This document shows positions 51,065 through 64,000 of a stretch of 64,000 nucleotides of DNA, one piece after another. The position numbers were made by a program, and so were the translations under genes. Each line of letters begins with the position of its first letter. The first letter of the stretch is position 1. The stretch comes from Haliotis rufescens. Taxonomy: Eukaryota. The notes below the pieces were generated by a model that did no database searches, was not told the origin of the DNA, and saw nothing but the letters and a program-made list of their open reading frames with translations. The stretch is taken from contig NW_025964001.1 of assembly GCF_023055435.1 (NCBI RefSeq), forward strand, positions 40,052,001 through 40,116,000, in the 5' to 3' direction.

Positions 51065-52051
51065 TTCACAATGCAGATGTCACTATGCACATATCCGTAT
51101 TAACCATGTTAGAACATCACACAGGCACCATGTTAACAACAAGTAATGTTCAAAAGTCACTAGGTGGTTTAAATAAACAACCCAAAACACAAGTTATGTA
51201 CTACAAGCAGGAAACATCTTGTCTGGATGAAAATAATTAAATTTTAAACTTTAAATTTTTTCTCAGTCTTTATCCATTATATGTAACAAGGTCATAGCTT
51301 GATATTTCCAGGTATTTCTTCTGTCTGTCAATATGTTTACAATGTCAGTACACAATACAGTCAGTCTCCAGTGTGTATACCACACGGAGTTAGTCAGACT
51401 TTATGTACCTGCGTACAGGTGTGAAGGGGGTGAAGCAGTACGCTCACCTGCCCACTGTCTGTACCATTGCAGTCAACAGTCAGCACAAGGTTATACTGGC
51501 TGACTCACCTGCATTATTGCATTACAATATTAAGGTTTTAAATTTTTCACCTGGTGTTGTATTTTTCTGTTGGCCTAGATAAAAGGGCTTGGTATGAGTG
51601 ATGATGAGAGATTATGTAGATAATACAACTGCCTAGGCAGCCTTTGGAGAAATTGGCTGGTAGTGATTTGTAAGATCCTGTACTTTTATTGGGGGTACGG
51701 GTGGCTTAGACGTCTAAGGCGCCACAATTTGCTCTGCAAATCCTGTTATGTTTCCAGGTTTGTCAGCACCACAAATGCTCATGGATTTTACCACAGTGGT
51801 AAATGTCTGAGACCTGCATCATTTTTGGCTTACTTCCCACATGTTGTGATATGACTGGAATACTGTTCAAGGTATTTTTTGTTATGAACTATAATACAGT
51901 TCCTACAAATTCTGAGTAATGAAGGTACAGGTGCCGATATTTTCTTGTTCTCAATAAACAATATTAATTAAGAATAACTTAAAAATATTGTTTTATATTT
52001 GCCAAGTATATCATGGTATATTGTGCAAAGGAATAAATAGGTTAAATAGGT

Positions 52052-52684
52052 TCTAGCTAGTGTGGGAAGGAAGGCCTAGACAGTTGTAGTTAGTGTGGGA
52101 AGGAAGACCTAGACTGTTCTAGTCAGTGTGGAAAGGAAGACCTAGACAGTTCTAGTCAGTGTGCCAAGGAAGACCTAGACTGTTCTAGTCAGTGTGTGAA
52201 GGAAGACCTAGACAGTTCTAGTCAGTGTGGGAAGGAAGGCCTAGACTGTTCTAGTCAGTGTGTGAAGGAAGACCTAGGCAGTTCTAGTCGGTGTGGGAAG
52301 GAAGACCTAGACAGTTCTAGTCAGTGTGGGAAGGAAGGCCTAGACTGTTCTAGTCAGTGTGAGAAGGAAGACCTAGACTGTTCTATTCGGTGTGGGAAGG
52401 AAGACCTAGACAGTTCTAGTCAGTGTGGGAAGGAAGGCCTAGACTGTTCTAGTTGGTGTGGGAAGGAAGACCTAGACAGTTCTAGTCAGTGTGCCAAGGA
52501 AGACCTAGACTGTTCTAGTCAGTGTGGAAAGGAAGACCTAGACTGTTCTAGTCAGTGTGAGAAGGAAGACCTAGACAGTTCTAGTCAGTGTGGGAAGGAA
52601 GACCTAGACTGTTCTAGTCAGTGTGGGAAGGAAGACCTAGACTGTTCTAGTCGGTGTGGGAAGGAAGACCTTCCAGAGAGCTAG
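52052..52684. repeat. 33-bp minisatellite ctagtcagtgtgggaaggaagacctagacWgtt (~19 copies)
   Basis: Direct reading; 11-aa periodic ORF. Confidence 0.95.
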
Positions 52685-53913
52685 TGAGGAATGAATGCCA
52701 TTACCTTTTTCAATAACACCACAGTGTTTTGTCAAGTAGAAACAGATATTCTGCTCTCCGGTAACCTGCAGGTAATCTCACACATAAATCACTGACTGTG
52801 TTACCCCTGATGGGTGTGAGATAGACCCATGTCGACTGCAGTGTGGTAATCGGTGATTGTGTTGTGCCCCTGTCACGGCATCAACACCAACATCAAAACT
52901 ATCTCTTTCATCAACTTCAACTGTTTATCCTGTATTTACCTCAGCATTGATTGGTAAATTGTAGACATTCTGCGCAGAGTCATCGGTAAATACTTTGTGC
53001 AGTTTTTGCCTCTTGCTTGCTGGGTTCCCCTGTTGTATTGAGAAACTTGTGAGACTGGATTAAGACGAAATGATCCTGTCTACTGTTTGTCAGTGGACTA
53101 AGTAGTCGGATGTCGGATCCTGCAGTGTGCTGAAGGATATATATGACACTTTTTTAACAGTTAATGAATTTTTAAAATAAATGTTCTGTTTTTGTAGTGA
53201 TCAATTTTGCATACCAAACTCTTTTAGTCCACAAAAGATAACCATCACGATCCATCATTGCTCTCCAGCTGCTTTGAATAAGTTTGAAAATAAAAACTAC
53301 TTTTTTAAAAACAATTTTGGTGCATGCTTTCACTATTCCTTTATAAGCGAGTCCAACTTAATTTCTTGTTTCACTGAATTTCTTGATCAATATACCAAAA
53401 GGCACGAGGCAAAATGAAAGAAATGTCAAATGTTGTCAAGGTTTATTTTAGAAAACAATACAAGCAGAATGTTGGCAAAAAATATTTTCGATCAAACACG
53501 TTTTTAATTTTTCTTTTACTATTTTAGAGCAGTCACTTTTTACAGAGATAGACAGATGAGAGAATCAAGGAAGTGTAAGCTAGATATATGTCAGTGTCAA
53601 ACACTGGGGAGGGTAGAGTCACCTGGTCATTTAACTCTAACTTTATGGTATCTGTGTGATTTTTATGATAACAAATTACGCTGACAGTCTCTTTACGAGA
53701 TAGTGAAGGAATTACAACCGCTCCAGCATGTGACATGTTACATTTTGTGAGAGGCAACATCTGAAAATGTTTAGTCGGCCTATTCTGATAAAATAACATT
53801 GATTATTAAGATTTGTGGAATATGTATGTAATTAATGTGAAACACAAATATGACGTTGCATTTTTCTAGTTATTGTATCTATATACCTTGATAGCAACTT
53901 TTCTAAATAGTAA

Positions 53914-54194
53914 GGGAGCAAGGGTGGCCCAGTCGTATAAGGCGCCACAATTCGCTGTGCAGAGTTGCGTCCCTTGGACACGCCAGAAATCTATGATTGT
54001 GGGTTCGAATCCCGGTTCGCCCCGGTTATGTTTCTAGGTTTGTCAGCACCATACCCATGCTCGTGGGTTTTCACTGAAGTGGTAAACGTCTGAGACCTGC
54101 ATCGCTTCGGGCTTTCCTCCCACATTAAGCTGACACGCCGTGATATAACTGGAATAATGTTAAAAGCGGCGTTAAACCCAACTCACTCACTCAC
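53914..54194 (+). mobile_element. SINE family A, full length
   Basis: TSD tctaaatagtaa 53902-53913 / 54195-54206. Confidence 0.92.
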
Positions 54195-54754
54195 TCTAAA
54201 TAGTAAAGTCAATCACTGGCATCACTCTTCAGGGCATCAGCAGTATTTATGAGCAGCAAATAGTTAATAAAGCATTAAGTGGTATTAAGTGATATCTCAC
54301 ATGTTTTACAGGACTAGCAACTTCTTCTTCCTTCTTGCCGGACGGACCACTTCCATGGTCTAGTTGTAGAGCGTCCACCTAGAGACCATCCACCATCCGC
54401 ATCATACCAAAAGACATAAAAAGATGGTACTTGTTGTTGTTGGTGCTCAGCATTATAAGGGGCTAAAACAAGAGCTAGTCGGCTTGGAGTCAGTATACTG
54501 TGGCATGGTATCTCAATGGGCTAGCACTATAAACTCAACATTAGTCTGGACTAGTACAAGCAGCCACACAAACACAAGTGTAATTATCTTGAATGCAACG
54601 TTAAACACCATTTCATGCCACGTCGCCTTCTTGTTGCCGACTACGATGTTCGATGTTGAGAACAAACAGGGCCTTGAATTCATTCATACCAGCTTGTACC
54701 AGGTTCTATGAAAAAGTTTTGTTAAAATTAATTGTTGAGCATTTAGTCTCCAGC

Positions 54755-55070
54755 GCCACATTTGATGATTGTGATGTTTTTGTTTATTTGTATGTGTGTT
54801 TATCAATAACCTGAGACCTTTTGCTGATGTAGCTTAAGGGGATTGTTTTGTGATAATAATTGTTAATTGTGCCACATTTGATGATTGTGATGTTGTTGTT
54901 TATTTGTATGTGTGTTTATCAATAACCTGAGACCTTTTGCTGATGTAGCTTAAGGGGATTGTTTTGTGATAATAATTGTTAATTGTGCTACATTTGATGA
55001 TTGTGATGTTAATCTTTATTTGTATGTGTGTTTATCAATAACCTGAGACCTTTTGCTGATGTAACCTAAG
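54755..55070. repeat. 116-bp tandem repeat, 2.7 copies
   Basis: gcYacatttgatgattgtgatg at 54755, 54871, 54987. Confidence 0.9.
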
Positions 55071-58040
55071 TGTTATCTTATCTTATCTTCTCTCTTTGAC
55101 ATTGATATGTTCAGGTGTAAATTTGTCCGATGCTGATATTCTGTCACAAGGTGGACAGCATGTGATTCACAAGTTTCAAAACCTGTTTGCATCCATGCCT
55201 TAGAGATGGCTCATACGTATTGTAAACATCATGTACTAGATATCATGGAGGCTGTACACTTCAATCAGGGACCAATGATGATACACAATAACAGCTTCAT
55301 CTAATAATGTGTTATTTGTCACAGACAGTTTACTCTCAAATATCAGGGCATGCATGATTCATAATAATAAATTCAACTGAATCTTTCACATCTCCGCTGA
55401 ACACTCCTTTCAATCTTTCATATTTCAAACTTAACCCAATGTGAAAATTTCAAGCATTCATAATACCCGTAATATGAAACCTAACATTATTTAGATTTAT
55501 ACCTACAAGGTTATCAATTTACTATTGTAAGTTGATAAAACAGGTGTATTGATTCAAATGGTTTTCCCTCTTTACATAGATGGTGTTTGTGCAGACGTGA
55601 TACATCATTCGAAATCAGTGTTTGAATATGTTTCGTTTTAGGGTAAATGATTTTCAAATGAGTCAGAAGAAAAGGGATTAGTGGCTTTAATAAAAACAGT
55701 ATCATAAACCCTGTTTATGTAAGTCTGGTTGTATAGCCAGTGGCTGGTAGGGTTTCTCGCATGACTGAAGTTCATCACACTCATGGCAAGGAGATCGGAT
55801 ATGAATCATGTGCAGTTTTCCAAATTTCTGACTAAATGTCTGAACAATTATTTAACTTTTGGATAAGTGTCCTTATGGAGGTGTGAGACATAGGTCTGAC
55901 TATAATGGTGGTAGGGGTGGGGTCAGATTGGAGTATTGCCATCACACCCTGGTACTATGAAGGGTGGTGCCTGGTTCAGTCAGGCGTTCCAACTTTAATG
56001 CGGAGAAAACAGAACGCCGAGACTCTAGATTGTGTATAATCACACAGGAATTCTCTTGATGTGTCCTCATGAAGAAACCTTTGAACCCAATCTATAGGTC
56101 ACACATTTTTATCTCAAATTTTACAAATTTTTCATACCAAATAACTTTAGACAGTTGAAATAAAAAATAAAATACAGGTGTGTACCTCCAGTATTATATG
56201 TAAGGCCTTGCATTTTTTAGATTAGTTTATGGATCCGCAACCAAAAAGGTCTTTATATATGATAAAGATTGATAAATAATCCAAGGTTTTTTTATTTGAC
56301 TCAAACAGAATTTTTTCAATGATGAGTTATCATTACAAGTAAGATTTTAGATTTATAATATTTACAAGGATTATATATTTATCAACTACCGATTCAAATC
56401 AAACTATAAGATGATTAATAAAAATCGTGTACGATGCATTTTTTAGGGTGACCTTCCGATCAAAGTTTTCAGTATCAAAATCCATTACTACTAATAATAA
56501 AAAGGCTGTTCATTACTGGTCAGTGAGATGTTGGGGGTTGGTTTAGTGGAAAAAATAAATGTTAATAATGTTTAGTGTTTTGTCAGTTGCATGTGTAACT
56601 GGTCCCATCGTAGTATCCTAAGCAAGTTACACTGCAGCACATTACCCTTACAAGTTGAATTGGGTAGATTTGCTAAACCTATCACGCCTTTACAGGATAG
56701 AAATTATGTAATAATAACGCTGTAGAAGATGAGATACATTTTCTCATTAATTGTCCATTTTATTCTGACTTAAGATATGATTTATGGTTGAGAATTATAA
56801 AGTCTGATCCTATATTTGTTTCATTCTCTCCTGTGAACCAGACAGTGTTCTTAATGAATTGTAACACGTATATAAAACCTCTTGCCGCACTTATTTAAAA
56901 AATGTTTGCACGTAGGCAGCATTTCATTATTTAAAATTGTATTCCTTTTTTATTGTGTTTCGCAATCCTGTAAGTTATAATTCTATTATGTAAATAATGT
57001 TTTTCATTGTTCATTGTGTCTCATAGGCCTTTTATGGCCTGATTTTATGTATTTTATGCAAGTTTTTATGTCTAATGTGTACACATACAACATGTGACAC
57101 ATAAATAATATATTTTCTTCTCTTTTTTTTCTTCTTTTGTACCTGCATCGGAGAAGGCTTTATTCTGTTACGAAGAGAATTCCAGTGGCCACATATTACC
57201 AACAATGTATTTGACCAATTACTTATTGTAAAAAATTTGTATCAGATTTGTACTTGTGTCTTTTATTTTTCCAGGAAGTAGTTGATCAAAGTTGGAATGG
57301 TAGAGCAGATGAAAATAAACCTAAACCATTTTATTTTTTCGGTCAGTAAAATCGGTAAACCAGAAAATAAAAACTTGTGACCTTGTTTTCAGCTTCATTG
57401 TCTCTGCACAACCAGGACAAATAGAATGATACAGTGTTAAGTTGGGACAGCTGTGGTTCAATTCCCCGCCTTCTGCCTTTCAATAAAGAACACCAAGGAT
57501 TTGTAGGCATAGACGTGTGGCAATAACTCGCAACTAATGAACAATCTCTGTGACATTATGTGACCTACAAAGCAATTCCTTGTATGATACGCTGTGATAC
57601 AAATGGTATGAATTGAGTAATTCCACAGTATAAAAACCTCGGTCATAACTTTTGTTGAAATAAAATTTGAATTTAGGTGTGTGAACGATCCAATTGACAT
57701 GTACTCATATAACATTACTATTTGTTCATAGAGAATTCAAAATATGTTAATGTGTTTTTTCTTAAAATGTCTTGGGCCTTATATATAATTGTCTAGTAAG
57801 AGACGGATCAATAAAAATACCTGAAATTAGAAGACAAAAAATATGACTTTTGATAATTTTTATTTTTGCCAACTTTGTTTGACAATTTTGTGAAATAAGA
57901 AAATACAAGATGTTGCCACCACTTTTCATAAGAAATAGTTAATAAAATGTTAAGAAATAGTTAATAATATGTTTCAAAACCTTTATTTAAAAAAAACAAA
58001 ATAATAAGATATCTTCCGATATCTTGCCATGTTAAAACTT

Positions 58041-58313
58041 AACTAATGTTATATTTGGGATAACACTTTCTTAGTAAAGTACAGATTCTAGTACTTTTTT
58101 GGTTGAGTCCCGTCCGGGATTCGAACCCACACCTGCCAGGTGAGGCACCTAATCGCCAGCACACAAAGTCAGCGATCTAACCCACAGGTGTGGGTTCGAA
58201 TCCCGGACGGGACTCAACCAAAAAAGTACTAGAATCTGTACTTTACTAAGAAAGTGTTATCCCAAATATAACATTAGTTACATTTGACCACTTTCTAAAT
58301 GGCATTGTGTATT
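58041..58313. mobile_element. tRNA-headed element with 95-bp perfect inverted arms, 34-nt tail and 13-bp TSD (PLE-type architecture)
   Basis: Arms 58041-58135 / 58185-58279; B box GGTTCGAATCCC in both arms; TSD catgttaaaactt 58028-58040 / 58314-58326. Confidence 0.85.
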
Positions 58314-58395
58314 CATGTTAAAACTTGTTTGATTTTTTATTCATTAGTAGCAGTACTAACATGGAAGTTGAACATTATTATTTATTCTTTTTCGA

Positions 58396-58556
58396 GGGAG
58401 GTCGGGTAGCCTAGTGGTTAGAGCGTTCGCTTGTCACGCCGAAGACCCGGGTTCAATTCCCGTCATGGGTACAATGTGTGAAGCCCATTTCTGGTGTCCC
58501 CCGCCGTGATATTGCTGGAATATTGCTAAAAGCGGCGTAAAATGTCACTGGCTCAC
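58396..58556 (+). mobile_element. SINE family C, tRNA-Asp-like head
   Basis: TAGCCTAGTGG A box; cgcttGTCacgccgaagacccgGGTTCAATTCCC; TSD tattctttttcga 58383-58395 / 58557-58569. Confidence 0.9.
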
Positions 58557-58872
58557 TATTCTTTTTCGACCACCTACATTGAATTTTAGACCAATTTATT
58601 TGTGAAACAACTTATAAAAAATAAAAGGCCTAAAGTTGTTTCTAACGTTGCATCATGAACTGCACATTTTCCTTTAATTATTTTTTTTCATGATTAGAAT
58701 TGAATGAAAACATATGTTCCCATTTCCTGGGCCAAATTTGATTCATCACATCTGCTGATGGTTAGACATTTTAATATTATCAGTGTTTTGTATTAAGAAT
58801 GTGTGAGTTGAGTGTTTATCTTTTTTTTCAGAATTATTCAAACTATATAAATCAATCCTATGATCTGAGGTA

Positions 58873-59220
58873 CCGTATTCGACGTAATAAGCGCCCAGGG
58901 CGCACTCAAAATTAGAAATAGGGGTCTCTTATTAGAACGTTATTTTGGTGAAAAAAACAGAGTTTAAAGATAAATTTCATAAATGGTTTATGCTGACAGC
59001 CTGAAATGTTTATATATGACAGATATATCTTTCCAGGATTTAATTGCCCATAATTAAGGGTGCATATAACACACGAGTGCGTATTATACATGAATAAATA
59101 GGTCTTGTGTACATTGAGCAATCTGAAGGGGTGCTAACTGGGATTGTTCACTAGCCATAATATTAGCAAATATGGTCGTGGGCGCTTATTAGAGCGGGGC
59201 ACTTATTACATTGAATACGG
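58873..59220. mobile_element. pogo/Tigger-type MITE with TA TSD
   Basis: TA|CCGTATTCgacgtaataagcgcc ... ggcacttattacattGAATACGG|TA. Confidence 0.8.
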
Positions 59221-60374
59221 TATAATGACTTGTTACATATGGTTACAAACTGTTTGTATTCAAATAGCAAATTAAAAATATGTTTGTAATTGTGTTTTCT
59301 TCTTATGTTATTTTTGTTTTCAAAATAAGTAATACAGGACCATTATATTTTCTTATTTCAAAGATGTGTCTCAGTTAAAATTTGCAAAAGATTTTTTATT
59401 GAAATATTTTTGTTATTTTTTTATTTCACTAATTCCACTAAGGAAAACCTTACAAGCAAGAAAATAAATTGATCCGACTTGAATAAAAGGAAAGAAAGTA
59501 AGGTTAGTCAATTTGTGTCTCCAATACCATGTTGAGAGATAATCCTAGATAGATTCCAGAGCATTTTAGATGTTCATCCCAACTTTCATGCCAACTATCA
59601 TGTGGGAATTCTGGGTAAAATTAGGTCCCCAACTACCTTGCTTGTCACAAGGCGACTAACATGAATCCGTGAAGCAGGCTCTGAGATTTGGGTGATTGTG
59701 CTATGGCACCCCGATTGTGTGGGATGTTGCTCATGATATCAACCACTGGTTTGTCTGGTCCAGATTATTTACAGGTAGCCATCCTGGAGTATGCTGAATG
59801 TGGCTTAAACAAGAAATAAATGCCAGATACACACCTCGTCTTTACTGCAAACTAAATGAAATCTGTGACATCTAAATATTCCTTACATAATTTATTTAGA
59901 CTGAATATCGTAGCTGCAAACATATTCCATCTCAGAAAGAAACAATAATTTGTAAATAAAAAACATACTGTGTATACTTTTGAAGTTTGGAAGTCGCAGT
60001 GTGACATTATCACCAGCGATGATGCAGCAGCGATGACCAAGCTGTGCATTAATCAGGCTGATCAAGACCCAGCATTATGTCTGTTATCTGTGTGGGAACA
60101 ATCAGACAAAGATTGACTTACATACCATCGGTATCAATATGAGTCATAACACAGATAAAAGCAACAATACCTTGTCATGTTCGTCCTAGCAAGGTCATAG
60201 AGAACAGTTCTTGCTGGGTCATCTACAATAAGGTTATCAAGATAAGAACTGGCTATCACTTACTGAAGAGTGTCATGGAGAGTCATGCCATCAGATCTTG
60301 AAAAGGTCAGGATAGGGTTGTCTGAAGAAAGTTATATCGATGAGCCTTTAATAACTGGTCATAGCTTTTCATGA

Positions 60375-61165
60375 CAGCCTTGTTGTTGTCATCAGAATAA
60401 GCATAAGGTCGTGTGAAAAACTATCGCTGTTGTCATCTGAATGACGTTATAATGCCAAAGCTTGCTGTTGTCATCTGAATAATGTTTTAATGCCAATACT
60501 TGCTGTTGTCATCTGAATAAGCATAAGGTCGTGTGAAAAACCATCGCTGTTGTCATCTGAATGACATTATAATGCCAATACTTGCTGTTGTCATCTGAAT
60601 AATGTTTTAATGCCAATACTTGCTGTTGTAATCTGAATGACATTATAATGCCAATCCTTGCTGTTGTAATCTGAATGACATTATAATGCCAATACTTGCT
60701 GTTGTAATCTGAATGATATTATAATGCCAATCCTTGCTGTTGTAATCTGAATGACATTATAATGCCAATCCTTGCTGTTGTCATCTGAATGACATTATAA
60801 TGCCAATCCTTGCTGTTGTAATCTGAATGACATTATAATGCCAATACTTGCTGTTGTCATCTGAATAACGTTTAAATGCCAATACTTGCTGTTGTCATCT
60901 GAATAAGCATAAGGTCGTGTGAAAAACCATCGCTGTTGTCATCTGAATGACGTTATAATGTCAAAGCTTGCTGTTGTCATCTGAATGACGTTATAATGCC
61001 AATACTTGCTGTTGTCATCTGAATAAGGGAAAAGTGCCAAGCCTTACCGTTGTCTTCTGAATAACGTTATTATGCCAAGCCTTGCTGTGACCATCTGAGA
61101 AAGGTTATAATTAGACTTGCTGTGGTCACCTGAATAAGGTTATAGTGACTAGACTTGTGGTCATC
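60375..61165. repeat. ~38-bp minisatellite cttgctgttgtcatctgaatgacattataatgccaata
   Basis: Direct reading, with periodic longer variant units. Confidence 0.9.
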
Positions 61166-61179
61166 AATGAAACATACCA

Positions 61180-62850
61180 ACACACCATGCAGTCTCCTTC
61201 TCACAGAGCATCCAGTCTCCTTCTCACAGACCATCCAGTCTCCTTCTCACACACCTTCCGGTCTCCTTCTCACACACCATCTGGCCTCCTTCTTACACAC
61301 CATCCAGTCTCCTTCTTACACACCATCCAGTCTCCTTCTCACAGACCATCCAGTCTCCTTCTCACAGACCCACTCAACTCTTTCTCACACACCATCCAGT
61401 CTCCTTCTCACAGACCATCATGTCGCCTTCTCACAGACCATCCAGTCTCCTTCTAACAGACCCACTCAACTCTTTCTCACACACCATCCAGTCTCCTTCT
61501 CACAGACCATCCAGTCTCCTTCTCAGAGACCATCCAGTCTCCTTCTCACAAACCCACTCAACTCTTTCACACAGACCATCCAGTCTCCTTCTCACAGACC
61601 ATCCAGTCTCCTTCTCACAGAGCATCCAGCTCCTTCTCACAGACCACCCAGTCTCCTTCTCACAGACCCACTCAACTCTTTCTCACACACCATCCAGTCT
61701 CCTTCTCAGAGACCATCCAGTCTCCTTCTCACAAACCCACTCAACTCTTTCACACAGACCATCCAGTCTCCTTCTCACAGACCATCCAGTCTCCTTCTCA
61801 CAGAGCATCCAGCTCCTTCTCACACACCATCCAGTCTCCTTCTCACACACCATCCAGTCTCCTAACAGACCATCCAGTCTCCTTCTCACAGACCCACTCA
61901 ACTCTTTCTCACACACCATCCAGTCTCCTTCTCACAGACCATCCAGTCGCCTTCTCACAGACCATCCAGTCTCCTTCTAACAGACCATCCAGTCTCCTTC
62001 TCACAAACCCACTCAACTCTTTCTCACAGACCATCCAGTCTCCTTCTCACACACCATCCAGTCTCCTTCTCACAGATCATCCAGTCTCCTTCTCACAGAC
62101 CATCCAGTCTCCCTCTCACAGACCCACTCAACTCTTTCTCACAGACCATCCAGTCTCCTTCTCACACACCATCCAGTCTCCTTCTCACAGACCATCATGT
62201 CGCCTTCTCACAGACCATCCAGTCTCCTTCTCACAGACCCACTCAACTCTTTCTCACACACCATCCAGTCTCCTCACAGACCATCCAGTCTCCTTCTCAG
62301 AGACCATCCAGTCTCCTTCTCACAAACCCACTCAACTCTTTCACACAGACCATCCAGTCTCCTTCTCACAGACCATCCAGTCTCCTTCTCACAGAGCATC
62401 CAGCTCCTTCTCACAGACCACCCAGTCTCCTTCTCACAGACCCACTCAACTCTTTCTCACACACCATCCAGTCTCCTTCTCAGAGACCATCCAGTCTCCT
62501 TCTCACAAACCCACTCAACTCTTTCACACAGACCATCCAGTCTCCTTCTCACAGACCATCCAGTCTCCTTCTCACAGAGCATCCAGCTCCTTCTCACAGA
62601 CCATCCAGTCTCCTTCTCACAGACCTACTCAACTCTTTCTCACAGACCATCCAGTCTCCTTCTCACAGACCATCCAGTCGCCTTCTCACAGACCATCCAG
62701 TCTCCTTCTTACAGACCCACTCAACTCTTTCTCACACACCATCCAGTCTCCTTCTCACAGACCATCCAGTCTCCTTCTCACAGACCATCCAGTCTCCTTC
62801 TCACACACCATACATTTCCCTTCTCACAGACCCACCCATCTCCTTCTCAC
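61180..62850. repeat. 23-bp minisatellite cacagaccatccagtctccttct with interspersed variant unit
   Basis: Direct reading. Confidence 0.95.
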
Positions 62851-63377
62851 AGGCCACCAATGATTGTCCCTTACTTCTTTTTATAATGGCTAAAACAATG
62901 TGCAACCTTAGACCTAGCCATCGCAGAAATAGAAGAAGTGTTAGGAGCTGACCCTGTGAATGTATTGGTTAACTAGCGCAGGCTGTCTCTACATGTGCTC
63001 CCACTCTCTATGAAGGAAGTGCAGTGTAAGGAGACACACTTACATGAAGATACACACTGAAACCCAGGTCTCTATCTGACCCTGCGGTGGCTGTAATCGT
63101 TGCTGTCACAGTGGAGCTGTCAGCATCACTGACGATGCACATTCCAGCTGATAACCTCCTCATCAGTTCAATTATTTCCGATAATTAGATCAGGTCACAG
63201 TTTATATGCTTCAGGATTAACATTTACATATTCATTCAACAAACTGGGACAAGTGATGACAAGTGACAACCACTAGACCAAAGTATTCCATTATATGAAA
63301 TAAATTAAATCAGTGTATTGAATAAATGCAACAGAAAATCTTGATGAAGCAGGTCAATTTATGTACTACTCAAAAGA

Positions 63378-63722
63378 GGTGAGGTGAGGTGAAATGGGGT
63401 TTAACGTCGCGTCCAAGATTACTGCACTTATATAGCAACGTGCATGTACGTGTGTGTGTTTGTACTAGTCCGGACTGATGCCGATTTATAGTGCTGGCTC
63501 ACTGAGATACCATGCCGCAGTTTAACATGAATACCCCACTCAGACACAGTATACTGACTCCGAGCCGACCAGTCCTTGTTTTAGCCCCTTAATGCTGAGC
63601 GCCAGACAGGGTAACAACAAGTACCATCTTCTAACGTCTTTTGGTATGACGCGGTCAGGGATCGAACCCCGGACCTTTAGCTCTCCGGGCGGACGCTCTA
63701 CCACTAGACCACGGAGGCGGTC
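63378..63722 (-). mobile_element. Meta/MESC SINE family D, inserted into a Tc1-like TIR
   Basis: TSD ctactcaaaaga 63366-63377 / 63723-63734; the empty site tactactcaaaagaagttaa..aacacccg matches reverse complements near 8840-8868 and 45630-45660. Confidence 0.88.
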
Positions 63723-64000
63723 CTACTCAAAAGAAGTTAATGAACACCCGATTCTTTCATATTACTATAGTTAATCTGTCATGGCATGACATGATTTGTA
63801 TAATCCTTTATAAATAAAAAATCCCAATCATTTATACAGCTGACCTTTTATTTTACAACAACGAAAAGAACAGCAGCATGTGATGTTTAACTATTGCTTT
63901 TAACCATCATGTACTCTACCACCACACCTATTTAGTAATGACATGATTATCTCCCTTTGCTCATAGGTCTTAGAACTCTTGTCCACTTGAACAGTCAGTT

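Noticed and set aside
58396-58470. tRNA-Asp gene (likewise tRNA-Leu-like heads elsewhere)
   Set aside because: Acceptor stem not intact; continues into a SINE body and is bounded by TSDs

Overview
Eukaryotic, animal genomic DNA, most likely a mollusc (gastropod/abalone-like; inferred only from the SINE repertoire). It is repeat-dense and has two N-gaps. Three protein-coding genes cluster at 21-33 kb: an intronless DUSP14/18/21-like phosphatase with an unusual hydrophobic C-terminal tail (-), an intronless LRR protein ending in a SOCS-box-like motif and a zinc-finger-like motif (-), and a 3-exon CCDC32 orthologue (+) head-to-head with the LRR gene. The rest is SINEs (at least four families, many with 11-14 bp TSDs), MITEs and about ten minisatellite arrays; these arrays explain nearly all the long ORFs in the track. 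Highlights: (1) a set of Penelope-like (PLE) insertions with inverted pseudo-LTR + ~35-nt tail + TSD and hammerhead-like motifs, one keeping the GIY-YIG C-terminus; (2) a tRNA-headed element at 58041-58313 with the same architecture and a similar 3' end, i.e. a candidate PLE-mobilised SINE; (3) a SINE-like family whose 5' head has no recognisable tRNA boxes and instead forms a compact pseudoknot-like RNA with compensatory changes between copies (candidate ribozyme or promoter). All alignments were done by eye; no searches or folding programs were run.
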